Part shown: positions 28,655-38,365 of the stretch, in pieces
Numbering within the stretch: position 1 is the stretch's first letter
How the letters are laid out: every line of letters begins with the position of its first letter
Source: an uncultured delta proteobacterium
GTDB lineage: Bacteria; Desulfobacterota; Binatia; HRBIN30; BPIQ01
Direction: 5' to 3'
Length of the DNA stretch: 64,000 bases
NCBI GenBank assembly: GCA_963761335.1
Contig: CAVXGR010000005.1
Coordinates: forward strand, 160,001 to 224,000
Program-made: the position numbers and the translations under genes
Notes under the pieces: generated by a model
Databases searched by the model: none
Seen by the model: the letters and a program-made list of their open reading frames with translations, nothing else
Told to the model about the DNA's origin: nothing

Positions 28655-30073
28655 TCACCGCTCTGCGAAGAGGACCTCGCGGGCGAGACCTCCGGGAAGT
28701 CGCAGGCGCTGGCGCGGGAGCCAGCCCGAAGCCGGCCATTCCGCGGGCGCGATCAGGAGGTCCGCCGCCGGTATCGGCTCGGCCGCCGCCAGCGTGCGGC
28801 GCTGGTCGTAGAGGAAGGGCGCTACCCAGTACTTGAGATATTCACTGCGGGGCACGCCGACGAAGACGACGCGGAGCGGTGTGTTCCCGGCGGCTCGCAG
28901 CGGCGCCAGGGTGCGTCCGAGGACGGCGCGCCAATCCTCCCGCGCGGCGACGCGGGTGGTGAGGTGCAGCGGCTCCCACGCGTCTCCGCCGCGCCGCGGC
29001 GTGCCGCCGAGCGCGGCGGCGATCGCCGGGAGCTTGAGCATGGAGAGGATGCCGAGCGCGGCGAGGATCCGCGTCGCCTTGCCGGCCCGCCCCCCGAGTC
29101 GCGAGGCCTCCCGCCAGCCGAGAATCGCCCAGAAGAGGAGGTGGACGAAGAGGGGCACCAGAGCGCGCGTGTTTCCGGGCGTGGCGTGCCAGGGGTCGAA
29201 GATGACGATGTAGAGGTAGATCGCCGCCAGGGAGATCAGGGAGAAGACGTGATAGCTGCGGAACGATAGGCCGCGGAGGCCGCGTTGCGCCGCGGCGACG
29301 GCGAAGACGATGGCGAGGCAGAGAGCCGCACCGAGCAGCCACTCCGCGCCGGCGATGCGCACCAGGCTCAGCGTCCGCGCACCGATCTGCTCGAACGTCT
29401 CCGATCCGACCTCCGCATTGCGGGCCAGCAGGGGAGACTGGCCGGTGGTCACCAGCCAGGCGGCGGGGATCACGGCGAGCGCCAGGGCGGCGGCGCGTCG
29501 CCGCCGATCGCGCAGGCGCTCGCGCCAGTGCAGCGCCAGGAAGACCAACCACCAGACCCAGAACACCTCGCGGGTGAGCATGCCGACGGCGAGAAGGGAC
29601 AGGAAGAGCCCCGTCCGGCGCGGCGCGAAGTAGTGCAGATAGACGAGCCCGAGGAAGATCGGAATGACGATCACCTCTTGGTAGAGGGTGTGGCCGAGCC
29701 AGTTGAAGCTGCTGCCGGCGAAGGCGGCGAGAAGCAGGACAGCGGCGGCGAGCCCGCCGAAGGAGTCGGGCAGGGCGGCGCGGCAGAGCGCCGCCAACAG
29801 GAAGAGGCTCAGGACCGTGTAGGCGAAGGGGACGAGGAGAAAAGCGCGGGCGGGTGCGCCGGCGAGATAGAGGGCGTGGATGTGCATCTGCAGAAAGGGC
29901 AGCCACACCCGCCGTCCGACGCCGACGACGATCTCCTGGGCGCGGTCGAGGCGAGCTCCCTGGTCGCCGTAGAAGGTCGGGTGAACGAAGGCGTCGGCGT
30001 AGACGCAGGCCAGGAGCAGTGCGAACCCTGCGGGCGCGAGCCAGGCGGCGGCCTGCCTCTGTGCCGCAGTCAT
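28655..30073 (-). CDS. Polytopic membrane protein, possible GT-C fold transferase
   Basis: N-terminal TM then 'YGDQ..R', 'WLPF', 'LYQE', 'MLTRE' motifs among many TMs. Confidence 0.6.
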   Translation of the reverse strand: MTAAQRQAAAWLAPAGFALLLACVYADAFVHPTFYGDQGARLDRAQEIVVGVGRRVWLPFLQMHIHALYLAGAPARAFLLVPFAYTVLSLFLLAALCRAALPDSFGGLAAAVLLLAAFAGSSFNWLGHTLYQEVIVIPIFLGLVYLHYFAPRRTGLFLSLLAVGMLTREVFWVWWLVFLALHWRERLRDRRRRAAALALAVIPAAWLVTTGQSPLLARNAEVGSETFEQIGARTLSLVRIAGAEWLLGAALCLAIVFAVAAAQRGLRGLSFRSYHVFSLISLAAIYLYIVIFDPWHATPGNTRALVPLFVHLLFWAILGWREASRLGGRAGKATRILAALGILSMLKLPAIAAALGGTPRRGGDAWEPLHLTTRVAAREDWRAVLGRTLAPLRAAGNTPLRVVFVGVPRSEYLKYWVAPFLYDQRRTLAAAEPIPAADLLIAPAEWPASGWLPRQRLRLPGGLAREVLFAER

Positions 30074-31560
30074 GAGGCCGCGGCGCGGCCGGGTCTCTTC
30101 GCCGCCGGCAGACGCGTGGGGACGAGGCGGTCCCCGGCCGACACTGCCGGCATCTCCTCGTTATAGGAAGCCTCGGTGTTCACCGCCCAGACGTCGTGAT
30201 GAGCGCCGGTGAGATTGCGGGCGGCGTAGAGGCCGGCGAGCATCGAGTGGTCCTGGTTGTTGTAGCGATGCTGGCCGTTGCGACCGATCGTCTGCAGATT
30301 GTCGATGCGATCGAGCCATCGCCGGATGACCGCGAGATTCTCGCGGTAGCCGTGGTCGTACACCGGATACGCCTTGGGCACGTGCACCGCGGTGCCGTCC
30401 TCGACCTCGTCGGGCGAGAGGATGCCGATGCGGGCGCAGTCGCGAATTCCCTGCTCGATGAGCCGCGTCGCCGGCCACGACCACTCGTCATCGCGGTCGC
30501 CGAGAAAGTACTCGAGCCCGAGCGAGGTGCGTGTCGGGTCGGGCACCATCTCCGGGCTCCAGTTCTTGTAGTTCTGGATGCGTCCCAGGCGGACCTCGGG
30601 GGAATGGATGTAGATCCAGTTGTCGGGGAAGACGTGGGCCCTGCGGGCGATCAGCATGACGGCGATGTAATCGCGGTAGGTCAGCCTCTCGGCGGCGTGG
30701 CGCACCTCGTCGGGCGGCGGCGGATCGAAGGTGCGGATCAGGTCGCGCAACGCCATCGTCGAGATCACCTGGGCGGCGTCAAGCTCGACGCTCGAGCCGT
30801 CGGCGCGGCGCGTCTCGACGGCGACCACGCGGCCCCGCTCATGGCGAATCCGTTGGGCGCGCGCCCCGAGCGCGATCTCGCCCCCATCTCTCTCGACCAG
30901 CTCGGCGCAGCGCTCCCACATCATCCCGGGGCCGAGGCGAGGATAGTGGAAGCGGTCGATCAGGCTGGTGATCACCTCGCCGCCGGAATCGCGGCCATCG
31001 CCGAACATTGCGCTGCGCACCACCTCGCCGAGCGAGAGATTGCGAATGCGTTGCGCTGCCCATTCCGCGGAGATCTCCCCGCAGGGCATGCCCCAGACCT
31101 TCTCCGTGTAGGTCCTGAAGAAGATCTCGTACAGCCGGCGGCCGAAGCGGTTCGACACCCACTGCTCGAAGCTGTGCTCCTCGCGGTGCGGAACCACCCG
31201 GGCGCGGGCATAGCTGAGGGCCACGCGCACCGACTCGAGCGGTCCCAGCCCGGCGAGGGCGCCGAGAGGACGGAGCGGGTAATCGAAGAAGCGGCCGCGG
31301 TAGTAGATGCGCGACAGGCGCGGGCGCTCGAGCAGATCGTCGCCGAGGATCTCGCGGCACAGGCGGTTCACCGATTCCACCTTGGAATAGAAGCGGTGGC
31401 CGCCGAGATCGAAGCGATAGCCGCGGTACACGACCGTGCGCGACAGCCCGCCGACGCTCTGGTCGGCCTCGATCACCGTTGCCGGCGATCCAAGCTTGCC
31501 CAGCTCGTACGCGGCCGTCAGCCCCGCCGGGCCGGCGCCGATGATCAGAGGCCTGGCCAT
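30070..31560 (-). CDS. FAD-dependent oxidoreductase (UDP-galactopyranose mutase/HemY-like, glycan-locus type)
   Basis: 'GAGPAGL', 'FDLGGHRF', 'YTEKVWG', 'GRNGQHRYNNQDHSM'. Confidence 0.88.
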   Translation of the reverse strand: MARPLIIGAGPAGLTAAYELGKLGSPATVIEADQSVGGLSRTVVYRGYRFDLGGHRFYSKVESVNRLCREILGDDLLERPRLSRIYYRGRFFDYPLRPLGALAGLGPLESVRVALSYARARVVPHREEHSFEQWVSNRFGRRLYEIFFRTYTEKVWGMPCGEISAEWAAQRIRNLSLGEVVRSAMFGDGRDSGGEVITSLIDRFHYPRLGPGMMWERCAELVERDGGEIALGARAQRIRHERGRVVAVETRRADGSSVELDAAQVISTMALRDLIRTFDPPPPDEVRHAAERLTYRDYIAVMLIARRAHVFPDNWIYIHSPEVRLGRIQNYKNWSPEMVPDPTRTSLGLEYFLGDRDDEWSWPATRLIEQGIRDCARIGILSPDEVEDGTAVHVPKAYPVYDHGYRENLAVIRRWLDRIDNLQTIGRNGQHRYNNQDHSMLAGLYAARNLTGAHHDVWAVNTEASYNEEMPAVSAGDRLVPTRLPAAKRPGRAAAS

Positions 31561-31651
31561 GGAGTATGCGCCTTATGCCAGAGAACGGCGGTCAGATCGA
31601 TGCCCCGGGACGGCGGCCGTCATCTGGGACCGTGACAGTCCCAGGCCGCAT

Positions 31652-31676
31652 CCGGGATCGCGGCCGTCCCGGCCGC
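31652..31676. repeat. REP-like palindrome, family B
   Basis: CCGGGATCGCGGCCGTCCCGGCCGC; matches copies at 38277 and 40733. Confidence 0.65.
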
Positions 31677-31681
31677 ACCTC

Positions 31682-32635
31682 CTACAGCGTCTTCCAGCGC
31701 CGCGAGAGCATCAGCCGCAGCTTGCGCTGCTCGCTCTCGGCGAGCCGGGGCGACGCCTCGGCGAAACGCGACTCGAACTCTCTCAGCCCGAGGGCCGAGG
31801 CTGCGGTCTCCAGCTCGTGCTTGAGGTCGTAGAAGAGATCGCAGTACTCGCCGCAGAGCTCGCGGATGAAGTCGAAGGAGAGCCGGTGCACCGGGGAAGG
31901 GCCGTGGCGGCGGATGGCCTCCTGGTGCTCGGCGGTGCCGTAGCCCTTGTGGCGCTCGAAGCCGTACTCCGGGTAGGTGCGCGCCAGCTCGGTCATCAGG
32001 CGATCGCGATGGGTCTTGGCGATGATCGACGCCGCCGCGATCGAGAAGTTGATGCCGTCGCCCTTGTTGAAGCAGTTCTGCGGCTGCTCGATCTCGGGAA
32101 TGGCGCGGGCGTCGACGAGGACGTGCTGCGGTCGCACCGGCAGCGCCTGCAGGGCGCGCTGCATGGCCAGCAGGGCGGCGCGGTAGATGTTGATCCGATC
32201 GATCTCGCCGACGTCGGCGACGCCGACGCCGATTCCCGACGCGGCGGCGCGGATTCTACCCTCCGCCGCGGCGCGCTGCTCCGGGTCGAGGCGTTTGGAA
32301 TCGTCGACGCCGGGAACCTCGGTCTGCGGCGGGAAGACCACCGCGGCCGCCACCACCGGCCCGGCGAGCGGCCCCGTTCCCGCCTCGTCGACGCCGGCGA
32401 TGTGCTGGATACCGGACTTCCACAGGACCCGTTCGAAGTTGAGCATGGCGTCGAGGCGCAGGCTCTCGGCCCGCTCCCGACCGTGTCGCTTCTTGAGGCT
32501 CTCGTAGATCTGCCGCACACCCTGTCGCGGGTCGCGCTTCAGCTTGTTGAGCAGCTGCGGCGTGACCAGATGGTCGGGGCGGGCAAACTTCTCGCGGATC
32601 TCCTCGATCGAGAGCTCGGAAAGCGAACGCGCCAT
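31682..32635 (-). CDS. rnhB: Ribonuclease HII
   Basis: 'AGVDEAG.GPLAGPVVAAAV', 'DDSKRL', 'KGD....SIAAASIIAK..RD', 'HKGYGT.EH', 'HRLSF'. Confidence 0.95.
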   Translation of the reverse strand: MARSLSELSIEEIREKFARPDHLVTPQLLNKLKRDPRQGVRQIYESLKKRHGRERAESLRLDAMLNFERVLWKSGIQHIAGVDEAGTGPLAGPVVAAAVVFPPQTEVPGVDDSKRLDPEQRAAAEGRIRAAASGIGVGVADVGEIDRINIYRAALLAMQRALQALPVRPQHVLVDARAIPEIEQPQNCFNKGDGINFSIAAASIIAKTHRDRLMTELARTYPEYGFERHKGYGTAEHQEAIRRHGPSPVHRLSFDFIRELCGEYCDLFYDLKHELETAASALGLREFESRFAEASPRLAESEQRKLRLMLSRRWKTL

Positions 32636-32689
32636 TACGACCGGCAAGCTAGCCAAGAGGGCGCGGCGCGACAAGCTCTGGAGACTTGC

Positions 32690-32740
32690 GTAGAAGCGCC
32701 GTCCCGGCGCTTCCGCAAGCGGCGTGACGCCGCTTCTACT
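32690..32740. repeat. REP doublet (REPIN-like), family A
   Basis: GTAGAAGCGCCGTCCCGGCGCTTCCGCAAGCGGCGTGACGCCGCTTCTAC. Confidence 0.85.
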
Positions 32741-32762
32741 CAAACGAACGTCGGGGAACCTC

Positions 32763-32791
32763 TTGACCTACCAATCAGCTATCGATAAGAG
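32763..32791 (+). promoter_or_regulatory. Candidate sigma70 promoter of the TA operon
   Basis: TTGACC-17 nt-TAAGAG just upstream of ATG 32806. Confidence 0.35.
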
Positions 32792-32805
32792 TTTTGTAAG
32801 TCGTC

Positions 32806-33015
32806 ATGGAAACCGTTACGCTATCGAGCAAGTATCAGCTGGTGCTCCCTCGCCGCGCTCGCGAGCACCTGAAGATCCGCCCGGGCGCGAAATTCACGGT
32901 GTTGAGCAAGGGGGGCGTCATCTTTCTCGTTCCGGAGCGTCCGGTGCGGCGCTACCGCGGTCTCGCCAAGGGAGCCAACCGGGCGAACCTGCGCGAGAAA
33001 GAGGACCGACTCTGA
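32806..33015 (+). CDS. AbrB/MazE/SpoVT family antitoxin
   Basis: 'VTLSSKYQLVLP...REHLKIRPG' swapped-hairpin motif; overlaps downstream PIN gene. Confidence 0.88.
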   Translation: METVTLSSKYQLVLPRRAREHLKIRPGAKFTVLSKGGVIFLVPERPVRRYRGLAKGANRANLREKEDRL

Positions 33016-33380
33016 TTCTGGTCGATTCCAGCGGGTGGATCGAGTACCTCGCCGATCGGCCGCGGGCGGATCAGTTTGCTCGTTACATCGAAGGCCGCGA
33101 GGCGCTTCTCGTCTCCGTGATTGAGGTCTACGAGGTCTACAAGGTGATTCGCAGGGATCTGTCCGAGGAGCGCGCGATCGAAGCGATCTCGGCTTTGCGG
33201 TGCGCCACCATTGCCCCGGTCGACGAGACCCTGGCTCTCGAAGCCGCAGACCTCTCTCTCCGGCACGGTCTGGCGATGGCGGACTCGATCGTCTACGCGA
33301 CCGCACGGCGGCACGACGCCAGGATCGTGACCGGCGACACCGACTTCGAGGGTCTTCCCGGCGCCATCGTCATCCGCTGA
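33012..33380 (+). CDS. VapC-like PIN domain toxin
   Basis: 'ILVDSSGWIEY', 'EVYK', 'MADSIVYATA', 'TGDTDF'; apparent CTG/ATT start overlapping the antitoxin stop. Confidence 0.85.
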   Translation: MILVDSSGWIEYLADRPRADQFARYIEGREALLVSVIEVYEVYKVIRRDLSEERAIEAISALRCATIAPVDETLALEAADLSLRHGLAMADSIVYATARRHDARIVTGDTDFEGLPGAIVIR

Positions 33381-33481
33381 TCGGTGCGCCAGTCGAGCAT
33401 TCGGCAGACAGAAAAGTAGCTTACTTCTGCGAGGTAGTTCGTATCCAGCGGCGCGGGGTACTCCCCTCGAGACGGCAGCCC

Positions 33482-33751
33482 TCAAGTGCGGAAGAAGAGC
33501 GCCACCAGGATCGTGCTCCAGAGAACGACGTTGATGCCGGTGGCCCACTGGAAGTTCCTGTCGATCTTCTGGTCAAGAGCATTGATGCGGGCACTCAGCT
33601 CCCCGCAAAAGCCATCGATCTTCTCATCGAGCGCGTTGAGCCGCCTGTCGACTGCCTCCAAGCGGCGATCGATGCCGTCGAAGCGCGCATCAAAGCTTTC
33701 CGTCCTGCCTTCCAGACGAGCAACCCTTTCTTCGAGAGCAGTCTCAGCCAT
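33482..33751 (-). CDS. Small coiled-coil protein with C-terminal TM (DUF1640/CCDC90-like)
   Basis: Heptad repeats 'RFDGIDRRLEAVDRRLNALDEKID' plus hydrophobic tail. Confidence 0.7.
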   Translation of the reverse strand: MAETALEERVARLEGRTESFDARFDGIDRRLEAVDRRLNALDEKIDGFCGELSARINALDQKIDRNFQWATGINVVLWSTILVALFFRT

Positions 33752-33921
33752 CCATAGCTCCTTTTTCCTATTTCGCGGCCCTCCGCGGCCGACCAGTGAA
33801 ATTATGTCCTGAATGCGAATGCAGTGCCAGAACCTGCCTCGACAAACCTGCCTCCGCTTGCTTGACGACCACCTCTGCCCCGCCGTATACCATCTGCGCC
33901 CTGAGCCGCAGGCGCGGGAAA

Positions 33922-36900
33922 ATGTCGATTCGTCGATCTCCAGTCGCCGCGTTGCTGTTGAGCGCGGCCGTTCTCGCGGCTATTTCAGACGCCGCGACCC
34001 TCGACACGCACACGGTGAAGCTCGATGGGTCGAGCAAGATCGTTCCGTGGACCACGGATCCGGCTGACGGCTACGATCGCGTCGTCGGTCTGAGCTGGGG
34101 TCTGCTGAAGAACGACATTCCGATCGACCCCGCCAACGGCCTCCCCGTCTTCTACACCCACAGCGAGTACGACCCCGACAATCTCTCCGGCTCCGGCTGG
34201 CCGAACAACGCCGCCGGCAAGAACGCCATGCTGGCCGACTCGGCGGCGCTCGACTACGCCTACTCGGGAGACGAGGGCGTCGTCGATCTGGTGCGCGGCC
34301 TCCTCGATCACCAGCTCGACCATGGCACCACGCCGGCCGGGTACGCCTGGGCGAAGGTTCCGTGGTCGACAGCCGCGGCGGGCTCAATCAGCTACGGCGA
34401 CGACGCCCTGCGAGAAGGGGCGGGAATCCTCGAGCCCGACAAGGTCGGCGAGCTCGGCTACCACGGCTACCTTCGTTTCTACGAGATCACCGGCGACACG
34501 CGCTATCGCGACGCCGCCATCGCCTGCGCCGATGCGCTCGCGGCCAACATCCGGCCCACCGGCGACTACAGCGACTCGGTATCGCCGTGGCCGTTCCGCG
34601 TCGTCGCCCAGAGCGGCGCGATCGCCAACGGCGAGGAGCTCTGCGGCGACGCGATCGCGCCGATCCGCCTCTTCGACGAGCTGATCCGTCTCGGTCTCGG
34701 CAACACCGCGGCCTATACGTCGGCGCGCGCCGACGCCTGGTCCTGGCTGGTGAGCTACGGCCTGCCCGACAACGCCTGGGCGAACTACTTCGAGGACGTG
34801 GAGCCGATCGTCGGGACCGGCAACGTCAATCAGTACAACGCCGGGCAGACGGCGCGGTACCTGCTCGAGCATCCCGAGCTCGATCCCGACTGGCAGGCGC
34901 ACGCGGCCGGCATCATCGCCTGGATCGAGGCGACCTTCGGCGGCGTCGGCAGCGGTGGCGAGTCCGGCCTTCAGTACGGCGCCCGAGTGATCTCCGAGCA
35001 GGTGGCCTACCCCTACAAGATGGCCAGCCACACCTCGCGTTTTGCGGCGATCAACGCCCTCTACTACGCGCGCACCGGCGACGCCGCGGCCAAGGAGAAG
35101 GCGTACCGATCGCTCAACTGGGCGACCTACATGTGCCGCGACAACGGCGTCGTCATCGAAGGTCCGGCGGAGTTCGCCGCCAATTCCCCCTGCTGGTTCT
35201 CCGACGGCCACGGCGACTACATCCGCCACTTCCTGCTGGCGATGGGAGCCGTGCCCGAGTGGGCGCCGGTGGGTGAGAGTCATCTCGTGCAATCGACCAG
35301 CGCGGTGCGCTCGGTGGTCTATGCTCCGAGCGGCGACGCGGTCGCCTACTCCACCTTCGATCCAGCCTCTGCGGAGACTCTCCGCCTCGGCTTCGTGCCC
35401 GCTTCCGTCTACGCGGGCGGTGTGGCGCTCGCCGAGCGCGCCGATCTCGCCGCCGAGGGCTGGGTATACGACGGCGCCGCCGGCGTCCTTCGCGTTCGCC
35501 ACGACCTCGCCGGCGACGTGCACATCAGCGGCGGCGCGCCTGGAAACATTCCGCCGGTGGTGGAGCTCACCTCGCCGCTGGACGCCGCCGAGTACGAAGC
35601 TCCGGCATCGGTGACCCTTTCCGCCACTGCAACGGATACGGACGGGACGGTCGCGAGCGTGGACTTCTACGACGGGACGACTCTCGTCGGCAGCGCCAAC
35701 GCCGCACCGTTCACCGTCGCCTGGACGAACGTCGCGCCGGGTAGCTACACGGTCCGCGCCTATGCCAGGGACGACGGCGGCGCCGTGGTGGCCAGTGGCG
35801 CTGCGCACATCACCGTCACGGCACCGCTCAACTTGCCGTCTCCCTGGCAAGACGCGGATATCGGCGACGTCGCCGCGGCAGGCTCGGCGAATGAGTACGG
35901 CGGAACCTTCACAGTCACCGGCAGTGGCGCGGACATCTGGAATCAGGCGGACGAGTTTCACTTCGTCTACCAGATGGTGAGCGGGGACTTCGAGCTCTCG
36001 GCCCGCGTCGTGAGCCTCGACGATACCGGTCCGTGGGCGATGGCCGGCGTGATGGTTCGCGACGGACTGACGCCGGGCGCCCGACACGGCATCGCCAGCA
36101 TGACGCGCTCCCAGGGTTGGTCGTTCACCTGGCGCGAGCAGCAGGGCGGGTCGAGCTCGTACACCGACGGCGGCCCAGGAGCGACACCGGCCTGGGTGAA
36201 GCTGCGCCGTGTCGGCGACGAGCTGACCGCGTTCCGCTCGGGCGACGGGGTGTCGTGGACGGCGTTTGCCTCGGCCACGGTTTCGCTCCCCACCGACGTC
36301 TACATCGGCCTGGCGGTCTCGGCCGTGAACGACGGCGCGCTGTGCACCGCCGTCTTCGACAACGTCGTCATCGGCCCTCCGAGTGGGGGCGCGATTCCCG
36401 ACGTCAGCATCGACCCGACGATCACCTATCAGACCATCGACGGCTTCGGCGTGAACGCCAATCACCGCAGCTGGAACGGCGGCGAGCTCCAGCCGGCGTT
36501 GGACCGGTTGATCGACGAAGCGGGCTTCACCCTCTTCCGCCTGGTATTCGACAACAGCGACTGGGAAGAGGTGAACGACAACGCCGATCCGGCGGTGATG
36601 AACCGGGCCTACTACGATTCCGTGTACAGCTCGGCGCGCTTCGAGCCGTTGTGGCAGGAGGCGGCGTATCTGAACAGCCGCGGCATCACCGACGGCTTGA
36701 TCTTCAACTTCATGGGGCCCGGGCCCGATTGGCTCGGCGGCCAGACCCTCGATCCCGGGATGGAAGACGAGTGGGCGGAGATGATCACCTCGCTGCTCCT
36801 CTACGCGCGCAACACGCGCGGTATCCAGTTCCACCTGGTGGCGCCGGACAACGAGCCCGACATCTTCCAGGAAGGAATACACACGGCCGACGCCGCTCAG

Positions 36901-38256
36901 TACGCGGCGGCCCTGCACGCCCTGGCGCTGCGCCTCGACGCCGAGGGGCTCGGAGACGTTCGCTTCGTCGCGCCCGACCGAGCCGGAGGGGGGACCGGCT
37001 ACATCCCCGAGCTGCTTGCGGATCCGGTGGTGATGGCCAAGCTCGCTCATTTCGGCCTGCACAGCTACTCGGCCGGAGGCGGAGGCAGTGACGGCGTCGC
37101 CGCGGCGATTGCCTCATCGTCCTACCCGGACCGCACCTTCTGGATGACGGAGTTCAACGTCTGGTGCCCGACCTGCGACGGCGGGGTCCCGGGGACCTAT
37201 GACTGGGACTACACGCGCGGCACGGTCGAGTACCTCCTCGATCACATCGAGAACGGGGCGTCAGCGGGCATCGTGTGGGAGGGATACGACAGCTCCTACG
37301 CCCACCACTCGGCGCCGTGGAGCTTCTGGGGTCTGCTGCAGGTGGACAACGTCAACGCCGCCGTCAAGACCTACTCGCCGCGGAAGAACTTCTACACCGT
37401 GGCGCAGGTCAGCCGCTTCGTCACCACCGGCGATGTTCGCATCGAGGCGACCACGACAGTGCCGGGCTTGCGTCTGTTCGCTTTCACCCGTCCCTCGACC
37501 GGCGGTGTGGCGATCGTCGGCCTGAACCAGAACCCCGGCGCCAAGGCGATCACCGTGGATGTGTCGGCGCTGCCGAACGTCACCCAGCTCCAGCTCGTGC
37601 AGACGACGTCGAGTCTCAACCTGGACTACGGTTCGGCGCTGCCGGCGAGTGACGGCCAGGTCACCGTCGAGGTCGCCGGAGACAGCGTCTTCACGCTGAC
37701 CTCGGAGCCCATCGGCACGGCGGCGGCGTGTCCGGCAACGCCCGCATCGTGCCGCACCGCCGCGGTTTCCCGCCTGACGATCCGCAACGATACCCGCGAC
37801 GAGCGCGATCGCATCGCCTGGAGATGGATCAAGGGCGACGCGACTGCGCCGGAAGAGCTCGGCGATCCGCTGACGACCGACGCCTACGACGTGTGCGTGT
37901 ACGACGCCGGCTCGCTGCTGATGGGGATGGTCGCGCCGGCCGGTGGAAGCTGCGGAGGTTCGGTCGGTCATCCCAAGCCGTGTTGGAAGGCGACCCGGAA
38001 GGGCTACGTCTACAGCGACAAGTTTCTCACCCCGAACGGCGTGCGAAAGGTGAAGCTCAACGGCGGCGACGCCGGTCATGCGACGGCGGTGGTGAGCGCC
38101 AAGGGAGCCAATCTCCAGGTCCCGGACCTGACGGCGATCACCGGCCCATTGGACGTGCAGCTGCGCCGGCACGACGGCGGCGTCTGTCTCGGGGCGACTT
38201 TTGCCGCGCCGTTTCAGAAGCAGGACGCGAGGAGGCTCTCGGCGCGCTCGAACTGA
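33922..38256 (+). CDS. Large secreted modular glycoside hydrolase: (alpha/alpha)-barrel-like + Ig-like + ConA-like + GH30-like + Cys-containing C-terminal domain
   Basis: Signal peptide; Ig 'PPVVELTSP...TLSATATDTDGTVASVDFY'; 'GSGADIW...DEFHFVYQ'; GH30-like 'YQTIDGFG', 'DNEPD', 'FWMTEF', 'QVSRFV'. Confidence 0.8.
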   Translation: MSIRRSPVAALLLSAAVLAAISDAATLDTHTVKLDGSSKIVPWTTDPADGYDRVVGLSWGLLKNDIPIDPANGLPVFYTHSEYDPDNLSGSGWPNNAAGKNAMLADSAALDYAYSGDEGVVDLVRGLLDHQLDHGTTPAGYAWAKVPWSTAAAGSISYGDDALREGAGILEPDKVGELGYHGYLRFYEITGDTRYRDAAIACADALAANIRPTGDYSDSVSPWPFRVVAQSGAIANGEELCGDAIAPIRLFDELIRLGLGNTAAYTSARADAWSWLVSYGLPDNAWANYFEDVEPIVGTGNVNQYNAGQTARYLLEHPELDPDWQAHAAGIIAWIEATFGGVGSGGESGLQYGARVISEQVAYPYKMASHTSRFAAINALYYARTGDAAAKEKAYRSLNWATYMCRDNGVVIEGPAEFAANSPCWFSDGHGDYIRHFLLAMGAVPEWAPVGESHLVQSTSAVRSVVYAPSGDAVAYSTFDPASAETLRLGFVPASVYAGGVALAERADLAAEGWVYDGAAGVLRVRHDLAGDVHISGGAPGNIPPVVELTSPLDAAEYEAPASVTLSATATDTDGTVASVDFYDGTTLVGSANAAPFTVAWTNVAPGSYTVRAYARDDGGAVVASGAAHITVTAPLNLPSPWQDADIGDVAAAGSANEYGGTFTVTGSGADIWNQADEFHFVYQMVSGDFELSARVVSLDDTGPWAMAGVMVRDGLTPGARHGIASMTRSQGWSFTWREQQGGSSSYTDGGPGATPAWVKLRRVGDELTAFRSGDGVSWTAFASATVSLPTDVYIGLAVSAVNDGALCTAVFDNVVIGPPSGGAIPDVSIDPTITYQTIDGFGVNANHRSWNGGELQPALDRLIDEAGFTLFRLVFDNSDWEEVNDNADPAVMNRAYYDSVYSSARFEPLWQEAAYLNSRGITDGLIFNFMGPGPDWLGGQTLDPGMEDEWAEMITSLLLYARNTRGIQFHLVAPDNEPDIFQEGIHTADAAQYAAALHALALRLDAEGLGDVRFVAPDRAGGGTGYIPELLADPVVMAKLAHFGLHSYSAGGGGSDGVAAAIASSSYPDRTFWMTEFNVWCPTCDGGVPGTYDWDYTRGTVEYLLDHIENGASAGIVWEGYDSSYAHHSAPWSFWGLLQVDNVNAAVKTYSPRKNFYTVAQVSRFVTTGDVRIEATTTVPGLRLFAFTRPSTGGVAIVGLNQNPGAKAITVDVSALPNVTQLQLVQTTSSLNLDYGSALPASDGQVTVEVAGDSVFTLTSEPIGTAAACPATPASCRTAAVSRLTIRNDTRDERDRIAWRWIKGDATAPEELGDPLTTDAYDVCVYDAGSLLMGMVAPAGGSCGGSVGHPKPCWKATRKGYVYSDKFLTPNGVRKVKLNGGDAGHATAVVSAKGANLQVPDLTAITGPLDVQLRRHDGGVCLGATFAAPFQKQDARRLSARSN

Positions 38257-38276
38257 CCGGAGTAGGGGACGGGCTC

Positions 38277-38349
38277 CTGGGAGCGCGGCCGTCCCGGCCG
38301 CAGTTGGGTATCAGGGAGCAGAGGCGGCCAAGATGGCCGCGCTCCCCGG
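38277..38349. repeat. REP doublet, family B
   Basis: CTGGGAGCGCGGCCGTCCCGGCCGC ... GCGGCCAAGATGGCCGCGCTCCCCGG in inverted arrangement. Confidence 0.75.
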
Positions 38350-38365
38350 AGGCGAAATCAGATCC

